From the NCBI RefSeq assembly GCF_006345805.1, contig NC_042998.1:94550001-94614000 (forward strand): DNA of 64,000 nucleotides, read 5' to 3'. Under the pieces are notes generated by a model that saw nothing but the letters and a program-made list of their open reading frames with translations, was not told where the DNA came from and ran no database searches. The translations under genes and the position numbers were made by a program. This stretch comes from Octopus sinensis. Lineage: Eukaryota. Shown here piece after piece: positions 11,861 to 25,192 of this stretch (its first letter is position 1; each line of letters opens with the position of its first letter).

Positions 11861-12621
11861 GTAAATAAGTTATCTTTATTGATTGGCTAAGCCATTAACC
11901 AACCTAATTCATACCAGAATTATGAATTTAGAGTACAACTTGTACAGAATATTTGCATGTGTGCATTTCCTTCATTAGCTAATTGATTGATCTTTGTTTT
12001 AAAATTCCAAGTGGTTTAAAAAAAAAAAAAAATTAGTCGTAGTGGACAGGTGAAAAAAAGAACTGAATGTTAATAAGCTCCCCACATTTAAAACCATATA
12101 TCTCTGTAAAAATGGCAAGTCTTATAAATGTGTCACTTTATTTTATTGTTGCAATCAGGCTCCTGCTGCAAAGTCATCTTTGTTTAAACCTTTAATCAAA
12201 TTTATCAAACACTTCTATTTCATCCAGACAAACTGAAATGGATATAAATTTGCTTCCTTTATCATTGTAGCAACTTTGCACATTGTCACACAAGTGCTTG
12301 CCACTGCCACTATTACATCAGTTGCCAAAACCATTGATATTTTTACTGTCAACTAAATATGCACTTCAGTATATTACATTACACTAACTGACATGCATCA
12401 CTTTAATGTTTACTCAGCAACAGTACTATCCCAATAGAAAGATATTAACTAACTGTTCTGTACTGGTAAAAAGACACTTTGAGAAATGCAGAAATGAATG
12501 AAAGCTTTATAAAAGTATCTCTTCAAAGGTGTTTTCCAAAACTTTTACAATATTAGTTGCATGTGTGTCTGTGGAATATGTTCAGTATGTTGTATTATGG
12601 CATGGACAGCTGTGTGATTAA

Positions 12622-13090
12622 CCTTTTAGCATTCAGCTTACTTTATCAAATGTAATTCTTTATTCGCATTGCTTTGAATTAATCATGCATTATCTTGTAG
12701 CTTTAAAATTTGTTTATTTTTAGAATGATATTGTAGAGTAGGTGTGAGGGGCCAGATCTGGCTGGTCTGAACATGGAACAAGAAGAATATTGGGATCAGC
12801 TTCTTGGTTTTTAAGTCCTGCATGACACCATGGGTAAATATCTTCCCGGTAGACCAGTGCTTTGTGAATGAATTTGATAGGCATAAACTATGGAAGGTCA
12901 TTATGTATATGAGTGTATACATGTGTTTGTGCATGTCCCTCCTGACAATCAGTATTGGCTTGTTTATGTCCTCATAATTTAATGGTTCAGCAAAAGAGAT
13001 CTCAAGTTCTAGGGTTGATCTGTTTGACTAAGGCCCTTCAAGGCAGGGCCCCAGCTTGGCCACTGTCCAATGAATGACCCAAGTACAAAA
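12622..13090. mobile_element. MITE P2 (reverse, truncated) joined to a decayed SINE B
   Basis: ttaaccttttagcattcag...gtgtgaggggccagatctggctgg (P2), then gtgaatgaatttgatag...gcagggccccagcttggcc (B). Confidence 0.7.
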
Positions 13091-13444
13091 TACAAGAGAA
13101 ATATTGAGAAATTGAGAAATATTAATAGAAATGCAATCACAGAGAGCAACAATGAAGTGGATCTTCATGATTCTAAATTTATGTGTGTTTATTTGAACAA
13201 ACTTTGAATTCAATGTACTGTGAAATACTTGAATTTTTGTATGAAATTAAAAGAATGGTGTAAACAAAGTTATTTTTTGTGCCACACAATTTTGTTTTTC
13301 TTTTTTTTGTTGGTCAAACTTTTGTTACTGGCTGTTTAATTCACTGATATTCCAACCATTTGCATATACATACCATTTGCATATGTTAACAAAAATATCT
13401 TAAACTTGTACTGGTATCTTCAGAATTTTATTGATATATATTGA

Positions 13445-13680
13445 AGACTTGTGATAAGGGTGTTGCATTCATGATTGCAAGATCATGGTTTCAATTCACA
13501 GACCAGCAGAATGTTCTGTTCTTGAGCAAAACACTTCATTTCACATTACTCCCATTTAATGGAGAATGTTGGCCTACCTGCATAGCCAGTGGGATGACAT
13601 CGTTTGAAGACTACAACAAATGCAGGGAAGCACATTATGACTAGTGGCATACAACCACATCTTATAGTCTGGCCAATGCA
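13445..13680 (+). mobile_element. SINE family D, decayed
   Basis: ggtttcaattc...gttcttgagcaaaacacttcatttcacatt, similar to 18432-18700. Confidence 0.55.
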
Positions 13681-14044
13681 GTGATATATATTCTATCTAT
13701 ATTATAAGTGCTGTGTAACATTTTTTAGAATGTAAGCAAATTTTAAGGGCTATTGGTGTTGATAGCTTAATTTTCTGTTTAATTAATTGAACCATCATTT
13801 AAAAAAAAAAGCAAAAACAGAGGAAAACTTCTTTTTGAATAAAATCAAACAAAAAAAAATTTTTTTTAAACCATGTTTAATGTATGAGATATATTGTGAG
13901 GGTGGAGTAAATTTACATGGAAGGGTATGATATAATTTGCATTCAACAAATTGCATTCTGGAAATTTTAATGAAACCTGGTATTAATTTATTTTTCTCTG
14001 TTTCAATTTTACATAGTTTTCTTTTTCTTCTCTTTTCATTTCAG

Positions 14045-14077
14045 ATTCAACAATGGAATTGATTTCTTCTTCACTGA
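14045..14077 (+). CDS. Candidate 33-nt microexon, phase 1 xSTMELISSSLx (phase 2 alternative FNNGIDFFFT)
   Basis: Acceptor ttttctttttcttctcttttcatttcag and perfect donor |gtaagt. Multiple of 3; phase 0 is closed by TGA. Confidence 0.6.
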
Positions 14078-14247
14078 GTAAGTTTCTGAGTTTGTTTTAT
14101 CTCACTTGGTTCATTGTTAATTGACAGACAGATGATGTGTTCACTTTAGTGACCAATTCCTCCCTCATTCTACGGTTTTGAAAAAAATATTTTCAAGGCT
14201 TCAAAAATACAAAGCAATTGTACAAATAAATAAATAAATATTTGTGT

Positions 14248-14600
14248 AGATGCAGGCATGGCTATGTGGTTAAGTAGCTTGCTTTGCTACCACATGCTTT
14301 TGGGCTCAGTCCCACTGCACAGCACTTTGGTCAAATATCTTCTATTATTGTCCTAGACTAACCAATGCCTTGTGAATGAATTTGGTAGATGGAACATGTA
14401 TATGTGTGTATGTATATGCTTGTCTTTGTCCCTCACTACCATTTGACTACTGATGTTAGATTGAGTGGTTTGGCAATAGAGATGGATAAAATAAGTACCA
14501 GATATAAAAATTAGTACTGAGATCGATTTGTTTGACTAAACATGTCTTGTCAATACCACAGCATGGCTACAATCCAATAACTAAAGTAAGAAGGGACAAA
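14248..14600 (+). mobile_element. SINE family B
   Basis: gcaggcatggctatgtggttaagtagcttgc...ctcagtcccactgcacagc...gatttgtttgactaa. Confidence 0.85.
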
Positions 14601-15599
14601 AAATGTATTCTAAGTATCTTTTCCTTCTTCATTAATTTCAAATTCAAACTCAAAACTTTGAATCCTGCCAAATATTACGGAAAAATAATTACATCTCCCT
14701 TGTATTAATAGCCCACTAGGGGACATCACATGTATAAGAAATGAGATTCAAGAGAAAATATCTCACTTTATTGGATTGGCCCCCTCTCCACATATTCATG
14801 AATAAACTAAACATTTACCTTTTGAAGGAAAAATTTGGCTAAATCCTATTAAATAAGCAAATCTGGTTGAAATTTTTCCATCAAAAGTATTTGTTGTAAT
14901 ATATATTCCATAGAACTAAGTGGTTGTCATTAGATTGGGTATCTGGTTATAAAATGCTTGCTTTCCTAAATCAAACAAATATTTAAATATTCACAACTAA
15001 CCAATTTATGTTAGTTTTATAAAACCTGTAAAAATTGTTTAAAATAATAAAAAGTAGTTACCTTTTGAAACAGGTCTTTTTTTACTGTTGAGCTAAACTT
15101 CTGCTATTTCGGATTTAATGGTAATTGTTATGGCTTTAAGTTTACTTCTTAGTTTTGTATGTAATTTGAAAAAAATTCCTTGACTTCTGTGAAACAATTC
15201 AGTCAATTTGATATGTTTCTGTGAGCTGTTCATTGAAAGTAAAACTTTAGTTTAAGACTGAGTCTGCAGTGTGCATAAATTGGAAGCTAAACAAATAACC
15301 GAAGTAACAGAGTAACACAAATACTATTTTTATCCCCATGTCCCCACTCTTCCTATAAAGCCTATTATCAGAATAAATTGTCTAAACTCTTGTGTCAAAA
15401 ACTAAATTTTAACAAAATCACGTGTACACACTTTTCTAGTCTTATTAAATTTCCATCAATAAAAGTATTGAGTAATGCTTCAGCCTAATGTTAAATTGTT
15501 TTTATATATAATTTGACATAAGAACACACACACACTTTGTAATAGAAACAATAGATATGGTTTTGCTGATCTAGCAGTAAAATAAAAGTAAGTTTGACA

Positions 15600-15765
15600 A
15601 ATACAGAAGTGAAACACTGCTGTCATGTGAACGCCCTCATTGTAGCCCAACAGGAAATAGAATAAATCATGCTCAGCATCATATTGTGGGACAAGAAAAC
15701 CAACGCCTGGATTTGACAGCACACTAGTGTCAAAAACATCACAAGACCCATCAAGGAGAGGTCAG
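15600..15765 (+). mobile_element. Decayed LINE (RTE-like) post-RT fragment
   Basis: Frames read YRSETLL then VNALIVAQQEIE*IMLSIILWDKKTNAWI*QHTSVKNITRPIKER, resembling the RTE C-terminal pattern YGxETW...AQRxMERxMLGI.x.D.xxN.WIR..T.V..I. Stops and a frameshift present. Confidence 0.65.
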
Positions 15766-15924
15766 TTTGAGTCCCATAGGCAGCCTTTGATTTTTTTATC
15801 ATTTGTAGCATTATGTACTTCGAGGTTTACTGTTCCAAAAATAAATATGTACACACACACACACTTATGTCTATGTCTATATCTCAAAATTATATGATAG
15901 CTGTAAACAAGTGCCACCATCATA

Positions 15925-16070
15925 CAAATGGTACTGTCCTGTTCCAATCTTATTTGGGAAAAGATGAGGGTTGACAACAAGAAAGGTATTTGGCCATAGA
16001 AAATTTGTCTCAACAAATTCCAACTCCCCCATGCGGGCAGTGGAAAGTGGGTGTTAAAATGATGATGAAA
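15925..16070 (+). mobile_element. SINE family C 3' fragment
   Basis: gttgacaacaagaaaggtatttggccatagaaaatttgtctcaacaaattcc...gtgggtgttaaaatgatgatg. Confidence 0.6.
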
Positions 16071-18431
16071 TATATATATGAACCAATATCATTTTTATTA
16101 ATCACATATCTTATGATTCACTGCCAGCAAGAATTTTTCTCACTCAAAATACCTCATTTATCAGGGTCGTCCATCAGTATTTTAATTATTATGAGATATC
16201 TTGTGATCAGGGCTTAAACTATTGAGGTGTTTTGATCATTACTCTGTCGGTGACCAGAACTAACCCCATGTAGCAAAATCATAGACTTGCCAAGTTAAGT
16301 TTCTTGTTACGGTTTTCTCCCATCTTCTTAATTAGATAGTAAATTTATCAACTATACATCAACCAATTAGTGTATATTCTTAATTAATTGTAGAAGTAAG
16401 CTGACTAATTGGATAAAGCTTTGATTATTTAATGCTTTTTCATTCATGTCACATATCTTAAAACCTGTTAAGATATCCTATGACAGCTAAAAGTGCAAAA
16501 TAAGTCTTAAGGATTAAAGGTTTTGTGGCAGTCTTATTTAATTTTCTTTTCAAACAGTTGATAGTGTATTTTATCAATGTTCCCAGCCTTAAACAGATTA
16601 ATGGTTTTTAAATTTGACAAATCTTGTAGCAATGTAAGCACTGTTATAAACACTAAGATAAGAGATCTCTGTCTTAAAATAACACATAACTGCCAGGCAA
16701 TCTTCTTGCCTCAGTTTATTTATACAGGAGATGTAATAGACGTAGTGGGGAAGAATCACATTTTCTATCAATCAGACAACACTCGACAATCTGTGAGAGG
16801 AAGTCTTAACAAAAGAAAGTGTCCCATAATGTACCTTTCATAATTTTGTTACACTGCCATACCGTGTTCAACTCGTGCTGAAGACAGCACTGAAAAACTA
16901 GAAAAACTAGCTTATACACTCTACCTAGTTACAGCTAAGTAGACTGGGCTGTTAAGTGTCTTGTTTGTTGACACATCACACTTGCAGTGTTAGAGAATAA
17001 GGACTATTGACTCCACAGCTTATTGTCCTGTACCCTATTTATTTGACTATTTATGCTATAAACTTGTATACCATCTAAAAGAGATTAGTTTCCCATAATA
17101 CAGAAATCCAAATGAAATACCAATCGCATTAATTTTCATGTTTTACAATGTATCAAGTTACAAATTATCTAGTTCATGAAGTTTATCTAAATTTTCGATA
17201 TTTATATTATGAATGAAAATATTTCATACAGCTTAGATTTAATAACTTGACTGTTTAACTGTATTTAACTTTAATTCATTGTAAAAATAAAATATCATGT
17301 TGGTTTTATTTACTGTTTTCTGAAGCATTACTAGATAGTGCAAACTTGATTAATATATAACATATGGCTTTAGCAAGTTTTGGTTGTATGATTTCATAAA
17401 ATTTCAACTAAACAGTTCCTGTTTTTTTTTATTTTAATTCCCAATTTCCTCTTATAAGTTTCATGTTGCAAATTGAAGAATTTATTGTAAGTCCAAACTC
17501 TTAGAGTTCTTTCCCATCAAGACAGAGCTCAATTATACTGGTTATATACATATGTAAGAAATAAATCCTACACATCATCATTGAAGTTAAATGGCCAAGT
17601 GAATAATATATTAGACTAGCAACTCATAAGCCTTGAGTTCATTTTCATTGTGAGCAGTTTGTTATATCTCAAAGGAAGGACTCTAAATTTCATATACAGT
17701 ACTAAACCTATTGGCATGTTAGCTGTAATATGTTTGTATCCTGCTTTAACCATATTGAAATTTATTTCTTGACTATTTCCCACCATAAAACTGAAGCTAA
17801 GATTCTAATAAACCTACCAAGAAGACTTTAGATGCATTAACATGACTGTTTGTATTTTCTAAAGAAACTATTTTAAAAGCTACGTTAAATCGTTGTAGTC
17901 TATAATGAACATTGTGTAAATACTTCTGCTGTTAACAACATTGTAGAACAAAGCCTGGAAATATTTTCTTTCATTGAATTCATTTATATGCTCTGTGTTC
18001 CCCCACCACTACAGATTTCCAAACTACACTACAAAATGGTTTATTCTGAATTGTGTGAGACCATGGGCATGTGTCTTCTACTATAGTAGAAACTATACAG
18101 AAACCCATTAAAATGTGGATGTGTGTGCATGTGAAATTTTCATTTCTGCACAAGATTGTTTGAGCAAAGAAATGAATGTGTTTTACATTCCAGGTGAATG
18201 TTATGTTCTGTACCCTCTGCATGCTTGAAGTTTAGGGGAATAATAAATAAATAATTAAAAAGAAAAAAAGAGAAAAAACTTGTAAATTGAGTAAGGCTTG
18301 GCAACATAAGGGCATCTGGCAATAAATTACTGCTTCGAATAAGTATCCATCCAACCTATGTCAGCACAAAAAATGGACATAGAGCTGAACAAAAAGAAAA
18401 AAATAAATAAATGTATGATACTTAAACAGAT

Positions 18432-18700
18432 GGTGAAAGCACATGGCTCAATCATGAGGTAGTGAGTTTGATTTCTAGACCAGGCTGTGTATTGGGTTCT
18501 TGAGCAAGACACTTTTATTTCACGTTGTTCCAGTTCACTCAGCTGTAGAAATTAGTTGCAATGTCACTGGTGCCAAGCTGCTGGGAGGCTGGTATGCATG
18601 TGCAACTGCATAAACAATCTTGCCTGGATTTGTGCCTAGGAGGGGAACTCTCTAAGTGCAATCCCATGGTCATTCATGACCGAAGGGGGTCTTTACCCAT
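18432..18700 (+). mobile_element. SINE family D (tRNA-like head plus CORE-like block)
   Basis: aaagcacatggctcaatc...gtttgatttctagaccagg...ttcttgagcaagacactttt...ccagttcactcagctgtagaaat...gaccgaagggggtctttaccc. Confidence 0.75.
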
Positions 18701-19227
18701 TACTTATACAGATACATATCAGAACTGAGCATTCTCTAAATAGAGCACACCCAGTTCTGATATTAGACTCAACTAAATCAAACTGATCCTTTAGTTGTTA
18801 GAACTGTATGTTCTCTGAGGTCAATAACACCCAAATGGTTTTGGAGTAAACCAAGAAATACATTTCTTATGATAGAGAAATAATTTTCTGTCCTTTATTG
18901 TGTGCTTGTAATTTTTCATAGTCATTCAAATAAGATGATGGTAACAAATATAGAAAAGCTGTGTGCATGTAGATTGTGTAGTTAATTTTTTAAAAAAATA
19001 ATATCAGAAAAATAACTGCACATTTACTAATGGCAGGACAGTGGGAAGAGTTGAGTAAAATTTATTATAGAATTAGTTTTGACTGAGACTTCGAATTTCA
19101 CCTGTTGACTTATTCAACCAGTAGTTGAGTAAGCCCTCAGTTATAACTTGGAGTCCTAGCCAAAGCCAAGTTTATTATGTAAACACAATCGCATATACTC
19201 ATTCCTCCAAATTTGTTGTCTTAATTA

Positions 19228-19370
19228 TGTAGGTCATCATTATCATTTTCATGTTGGCATGAGTTGGATGGTTTGACAGGAGCTGGCAAGCCAGAAGACT
19301 GCAACATGCTTCACTGTTTTGGTATAGGTTTTACAGCTAGATGCCCTTCTTAATGCCAACTACCTTGCAA
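19228..19370 (-). mobile_element. SINE family C fragment
   Basis: catcattatcattttcatgttggcatgagttggatgg...ttttacagctagatgcccttcttaatgccaac. Confidence 0.75.
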
Positions 19371-19577
19371 TACATTGGTATAAATATATAATTAAGACAT
19401 TGGGTTTTCTTTTATTCACACACACACACACACATTGTGATGGAAGAGAGAGGGTTCAACCTATACTACCATGGAACATGGATGTTATATAGTAAACAAA
19501 CTTTGATGTCTTAATTAAATGGGATAAAATAGACTTTATCCTTTGTCTTTATTCTTTCTTCTGAATTTATATGACAG

Positions 19578-19598
19578 CTCTGAGCATGAAATTGCCCA
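19578..19598 (+). CDS. Candidate 21-nt microexon, phase 1 xLSMKLPx
   Basis: Acceptor ctttgtctttattctttcttctgaatttatatgacag, moderate donor CCA|gttagc. Multiple of 3. Confidence 0.3.
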
Positions 19599-20611
19599 GT
19601 TAGCGGCTACACTTAACTGAATCTAATAAAAGGGGTGGTGGAGAAAATTGGCAATAGATAGGGTGTAAATATCTGCCATTTCCTAGTTCCTTGCTTAATT
19701 AATGTGTTGCTAATCTCTTAATTTATGAAATATGTTCGGGAATTTTCTTTTTTTCTTTTTCATTTATTTTAAATGAATTTTTTTGTAATTTTTTTTTATT
19801 TGCTCAGATTTTAAGCATATTTATTGGTGTTTGTAAAAAAAAAAATGAAATAGAATAAAATAAAGAGAAATGTGTAGGTTCCAGAGAGATCTTAGTTACA
19901 TGTGAAATCAGTGTAGTTAATTTGTCTGCAACATAACTTATAAGTCAATAAATCTAGCTATTAAAACAATACTTTTATCAAAGTTGTGATTGAATGCTTG
20001 TTAACACTTTAATCTTTGTGACTTGTCAAGATTATTGTAAGCAGTCATGTACTTTCCCCCACCTTAATTGTTAAAGAAGAGGGTGAGTGAGTAGTGTGTG
20101 GGAGTGAAATATAATCCAATTAGCTATTTTTTTTTATTATTTATTTTAGTTTATTCTTGTGATAAAAGGAATTATGCTCTTATGTTTTATTGATATTTAA
20201 TTTGAAGAGGAAATGATTCTGATAAGTGTTTGACTACATCTTAATTCAGAGGTATATGCTGTAGAGCAGTTGTAAGTCTTTTTGCTGCTAGGCAAATGAG
20301 ATGAGAAGCTATAGATATACCACTTACGGGGATATTTAGAAAAATAAAGGATATCCTGAAACAGGAAATAGTTGGATATCTGTACATGATTTAGATGATG
20401 ATAGTAATGTTTTGTGATGTGGTGGTTAGTGTACCTGTTTTACATGTAGAAAGCTGTGTGATTTACATTTGCCAAAACCTGTAACATGTTTTAAACTCCT
20501 TTCATAATAGTGCGCTTTCATGGCCACTACTATAGCTGGATGGAACCAGCCAAAAAGTAGAGTTTTGTATTATTGTGATTATTATTAGTAGTAGTAATAT
20601 TATTATCATCA

Positions 20612-20819
20612 TCAAGGCGGTGAACTGGTAGAAATGTTAGCATGCAAGACAAAATGCTTAGCATTTCTTCTGGTTTTACATTTTGAGATCAAATTCCACC
20701 AATATCAACCTTGCCTTTCACCCCTTTCAGAGTTGATAAAAATAAGTTCCATTTGAGTATGAAGGGTCAGTGTATTCAGCTTACCTACTCCTCCAAAATT
20801 GCTGGCCAAAGTTTGAAAC

Positions 20820-20822
<3 letters not shown>
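20612..20822 (+). mobile_element. SINE family A with (ATT)n tail
   Basis: aaggcggtgaactggtagaaatgttagc...aaaatgcttagc...ttgcctttcaccc followed by (att)n. Confidence 0.85.
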
Positions 20823-20861
<39 letters not shown>

Positions 20862-20884
20862 CATCATCATTATTATTATTATTG

Positions 20885-21436
20885 AGTGAGAGAGCAGTGC
20901 ATGTCATCAGAGTGACATTAGGGTAAAATATACGAAGCCCAGTATACCCATCCTAACTATCCGTCTGATAAGAGTACATCAGGCACATGCATCACAACCA
21001 TATGTGCACAACATAGTGATCTCATAACAAGATAAACAGCACATGACCTTGCGGGTGGGGCCCAGTTAAAATTTCTTCAGGTTGAGTAGCTCACCCTGCT
21101 CAAAAGGTCCCTGAATAAGGGTTGTTTAAGGATGTTGAACAAAACACCCATGTTTCTAGAGGTGAATTATCCAAACCCCAAAGAATTCCTTTCGACACAT
21201 GGCTATGATGCTCCCCAACTACTTCTGCCCGTGATCAAAGATGCATATATCGTCAGCCACCAAGGGACATGCTCAACTGGTTATGGTCAAACAACTGACA
21301 AGCAAATCTGTGGTATTGAGCAGATTATTTATTGTAGCCCATCTTTTATACCAAGATAAAACAATGTACATGATAACACTTCCAATCAGTTAAGATCAGA
21401 AGCCATGAGAGCCACTGCCTGGTAGTGCATCAGGGC

Positions 21437-21440
<4 letters not shown>
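20885..21440. mobile_element. Unclassified GC-richer element of about 555 bp between two (ATT)n arrays
   Basis: Sharp composition shift bounded by ATT repeats on both sides. It resembles an abundant octopus repeat from memory, but there is no second copy in the window. Confidence 0.5.
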
Positions 21441-21470
<30 letters not shown>

Positions 21471-22426
21471 TTGTCAGCAACCTGGCAGTATCATGAGCAC
21501 ATGAAACAAAATGCTTGGCAGCAGTTCTTTCATTTCCTTTTTCTCTGTGTACAAATACCACTGAGGTTGACTTGTCATATTTTCAGAGACTATTGGGTTA
21601 AAGCACCAGTCCTAATACTGAGGCTGATGGCATTGACTTACCTCCCCACTTGAAAATGCTGACCTTGTGCTGGAATTAGAAAGTTACTATCATAGGAATC
21701 TTTAGAGTGTAGGACAAGATGCCTTATGGTATTTGATCTGGCACTTTGCATTCTGAGTTGAAATTTTGCCAAAGTTACTTTTAGCTTTCACCCCTTTGGG
21801 ATTGATAAAAATAAAGTACCAGTCATTTACTAGGGTTGATGATATCAGCTAACACTCTCTCCTCAAAATTGCTGGCCTTGTGCCTAAATCAAGAAACAAT
21901 TACTGTCTTTTGCGTGTTTCAGTCATTGGACTGCAACTATGATTAGGCATGAGTTTAACCGAACAGATCAACTTCAGTGCTTATTTTCCTATTCTCAAAG
22001 CCTGGCACTTATTTCCCCCACCCCCACCCCACTTATTTTTTTTGCCAAACTGATAAGTTACGAGAACATAAGCAAGCCAACACTGGTTAACTATTTAGTA
22101 GAACATAGTTTCAATCTACAGGCCGCTGTGTTATGAGCCCTACATGATTGCTGTTCCAAAGTCCCTACTTCCTTGTGTGCCTAAAAGGAAAGGAAGACAC
22201 TTTGAAGCTTAAATATTTTAAACTTTAGAGGTCTCTTTAAAGCCCAATCTACATTTGTTGTCTAGATAGAAATTTCATTAAAAAACTGTTTGGGACCAAA
22301 CCCTCATTCTTGATTAAAACTGTTAGAAATAATTTAAACTTTTCACTGTGAGTAATCAGTTTTATTGTGTTAAAGAAATTATTTGTTTTGATTGGAATAC
22401 TCTTTGGAAAATTTACTAATTTAAAC

Positions 22427-22562
22427 ATGGGCACAAGAATGTCTGTGTGAAGCAGCCTGCTTACCAACCACATGGTTCTGGGTTCAGTCCTACTGTGTGG
22501 CAATGTGCCACACAGGGCAAGTGTCTTTTACTAGTCTTGGGCCGACCAAAGCCTTGTGAGCC

Positions 22563-22609
<47 letters not shown>

Positions 22610-23285
22610 TATGTGTGTTTGTATGTCTGTGTTTGTCCCCCCAACATCGCTTGACAACCGATGCTGGTGTGTTTGCATGTCTGTAACTTAACAGTTCGGC
22701 AAAAGAAACTGATAGAATAAGCACTAGGCTTACAAAGAATAAGATTTTGGGATCTATTTGCTCAACTAAAGGTGGTGCTCCAACATGGCCACAGTCAAAT
22801 GACTGAAACAAATAAAAGCAAAAAAAAGAAAAGAAAATTCATTCATTTTGTATACAGTGACAGAAACCATATAAAAAAATTGTTCTTGTGGTAGCCATGT
22901 ATTTTTATTGTTATATTTATCAAAATAAACACTTACAGATCAGGTGTGGCTGTGTGGTTGTAAAGAAGCTCACTTTGCAACCTTATTTCGAGTTCAGTCT
23001 CACTGCACAGTACCTTGGGCCTTCTATGATAGCCTTGTGAATGAATTCAGTGAACAGAAACTATATGGACCGCCATATATACACGTGTGTGTTTGTGTTT
23101 GTCCCCCACCATCCACTTGACAACTGGCGTTTGTTTACATGTACCATAATGTAGTAGTTCAGCCAAAGAGGCTGACAGAATAAGCACTAGACTTAAAGAT
23201 AAGTACTGGGGTCTGTTTGTTCAACTAAACCTTTCAAGGCATTGACCCATCATGGCTGGAGTCCAATGGCTGAAACCAGTTAATG
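22427..23285 (+). mobile_element. Two SINE family B copies (22427-22815, 22938-23285)
   Basis: Both carry the head, the gggcaagtgtctt block, an internal (TA/TG)n and the 3' gaataagcactag...gactgaaaca block. Confidence 0.9.
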
Positions 23286-23984
23286 GAAAAAAACTAAGGC
23301 ATGTATGTCTTCACGGGCATATAGAAAGATGTAGTTGTTTCAAGCTGTAGGCTTTATAATTCAAAGCTAATAAATGGCTTTAAAATAGGTGGGAGGTGGG
23401 AAGTCCAAAAATATTCTGAGATGCTGTCAGCGAGTAGTATAAGTCACAAAGCTTCAGAGAATATAACCATCTGTCATGTAATGTTTACATAATGTTTTAT
23501 TCCATCCTTGCACCAATCACCAAAATGTCTGCTTGTAATCTTCTGTCTACAATTCATGTTACCAGTTTGTCATCTGAACACATGCCTGGTTACACTGTAT
23601 CAATCGGTCTTCTATACACAACACTATTTTTCTCTAATTTTCATTTTATCCATACAGTTCTCTATAAAAGAAATAGAAATTTTTAAACTGTCAGTTATTT
23701 TAAAAGGATGCTCATTGGAATTTTGTAGGTTAATAATGGTCTGAGTTAGCAAGAATCTGATGGGAAATATAAACAAAAGTTGATGTGTGTGTTTGTTGGG
23801 TGTGCTGCAACAAGTAAAGACTTTAATAGTTTTGTTAGGCAATTTTTTTTTTTTACTTTCGATTTTTTTTTTTTTTTTAAAACCAGGTTTTTTCAAACTT
23901 TTGTCTAATTCTCTTCCTGTCTCTCTCCTTCTCTCAACCATTGACTTTATGGACATTGGATATAATGAAATATATAATTTTGAA

Positions 23985-24555
23985 AGTGGCAAGCTGGCAG
24001 AAATGTTAGCACACCGAGCGAAATGCTTAGCGGTATTTTGTCTGTCTCTGCATTCTGAGTTCAAATTCCACCAAGGTCAACTTTGCCATTCATCCTTTTG
24101 GTCACTAAATTTAGTACCGGTTACATACTGGAGTCAATCTAATCGACTGGACATTATGGTAAATGTAAAAATTTGGGGCTTTGTGCTTAGAGTAGAAAAG
24201 AAATATATAATTTTGATTGTGTGGCACTTTAGACAAGTGCCTTCTCTTATAGACCTGGGCCAACCAAAGCCTGAGTGGATTTGGTAAATGGAAACTGAAA
24301 GAAGCTCATCGTGTGTTTGTGTCTCTATCTTCATTTTACATTATTGCAGTAAAGAATGCCACTGTCTTAATGTATTGTCCTTTGTTTCCAATCTTGTGTG
24401 AAAAGCATGTCTGGCCCCGAGGAAATATTATGTTGCTTAGAAACAGGTGAGGGTTGGTGATAGGCAGGGCATTCGACCATAGAAAATCTGCCTCAACAAA
24501 TTCTGTCCGATCCATGCAAGCATAGGAAAGTGGATGTTAAAACTATGATGTTGAT
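23985..24555 (+). mobile_element. Cluster of SINE A (23985-24200), SINE B fragment (24225-24320) and SINE C fragment (24400-24555)
   Basis: Diagnostic blocks of each family appear in succession. Confidence 0.8.
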
Positions 24556-25192
24556 TTAAGACACATCTTCAAAGTTTGAAGTCTTGACCATGCATGTGCA
24601 TACACCTACACAAGAGACTACTGCTCCAGTTTGGTCCTCTCATGTTTCTGCTGCCAGAAGCTGCTTTAACCTTTCATTGTTTTAGCATGTATTAGATTTC
24701 ATAGGTGCAACTTGGCCAAATGGTTAAGGAGTTCGCTTACCAACAAGGTTCAGGTTTCGGTACCACTATGTAGTATCTTGGAGAAATGTCATTTTCCATA
24801 GCCTTAGTTTGACATACGGCTTGTCAGTGAGATTAAGTTGAGAGAAACTGCATGGAAGCCCATCGGGTGGATTGTATTTATAATTAAAAAGATACACTGT
24901 GTCAGGCTCATGCTGAGAATTAAGGGTACATGTGAAATAATCATGATCAAACAACTGAATCTTCCGAATTGAACAGCAGAGATTCATTACCATATTAAGT
25001 TCCAGCCTTTTTTTTTCAGTTCATGTTTTGTTCAAGTCATAATTTTTACCATTCAAACATGAAGTTCAAAATTTTGATAGCAAATCTTTGGAATAAATAG
25101 TCTGGTACTATCTTGCATAATTTCATCCTAAGTTTCTATGCATATGTCACAGAATAACAGTCAGGGATAGTTGCATTTCATATGGTACTTAA

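Noticed and set aside
15480-16016. Minus-strand frame of about 179 codons with a single TGA (looked WD40- or coronin-like), and a + strand 84-nt phase-1 exon at 15677-15760
   Set aside because: The aligned + frame reads as a decayed RTE LINE C-terminus, and the 84-nt candidate has no pyrimidine tract.
18716-18763. 12-bp stem hairpin as a possible pre-miRNA
   Set aside because: Stem too short and does not extend outward.
22427-22500. tRNA-like heads of SINE A, B and D as tRNA genes
   Set aside because: Only box A/B-like remnants fused to repeat bodies; no cloverleaf.
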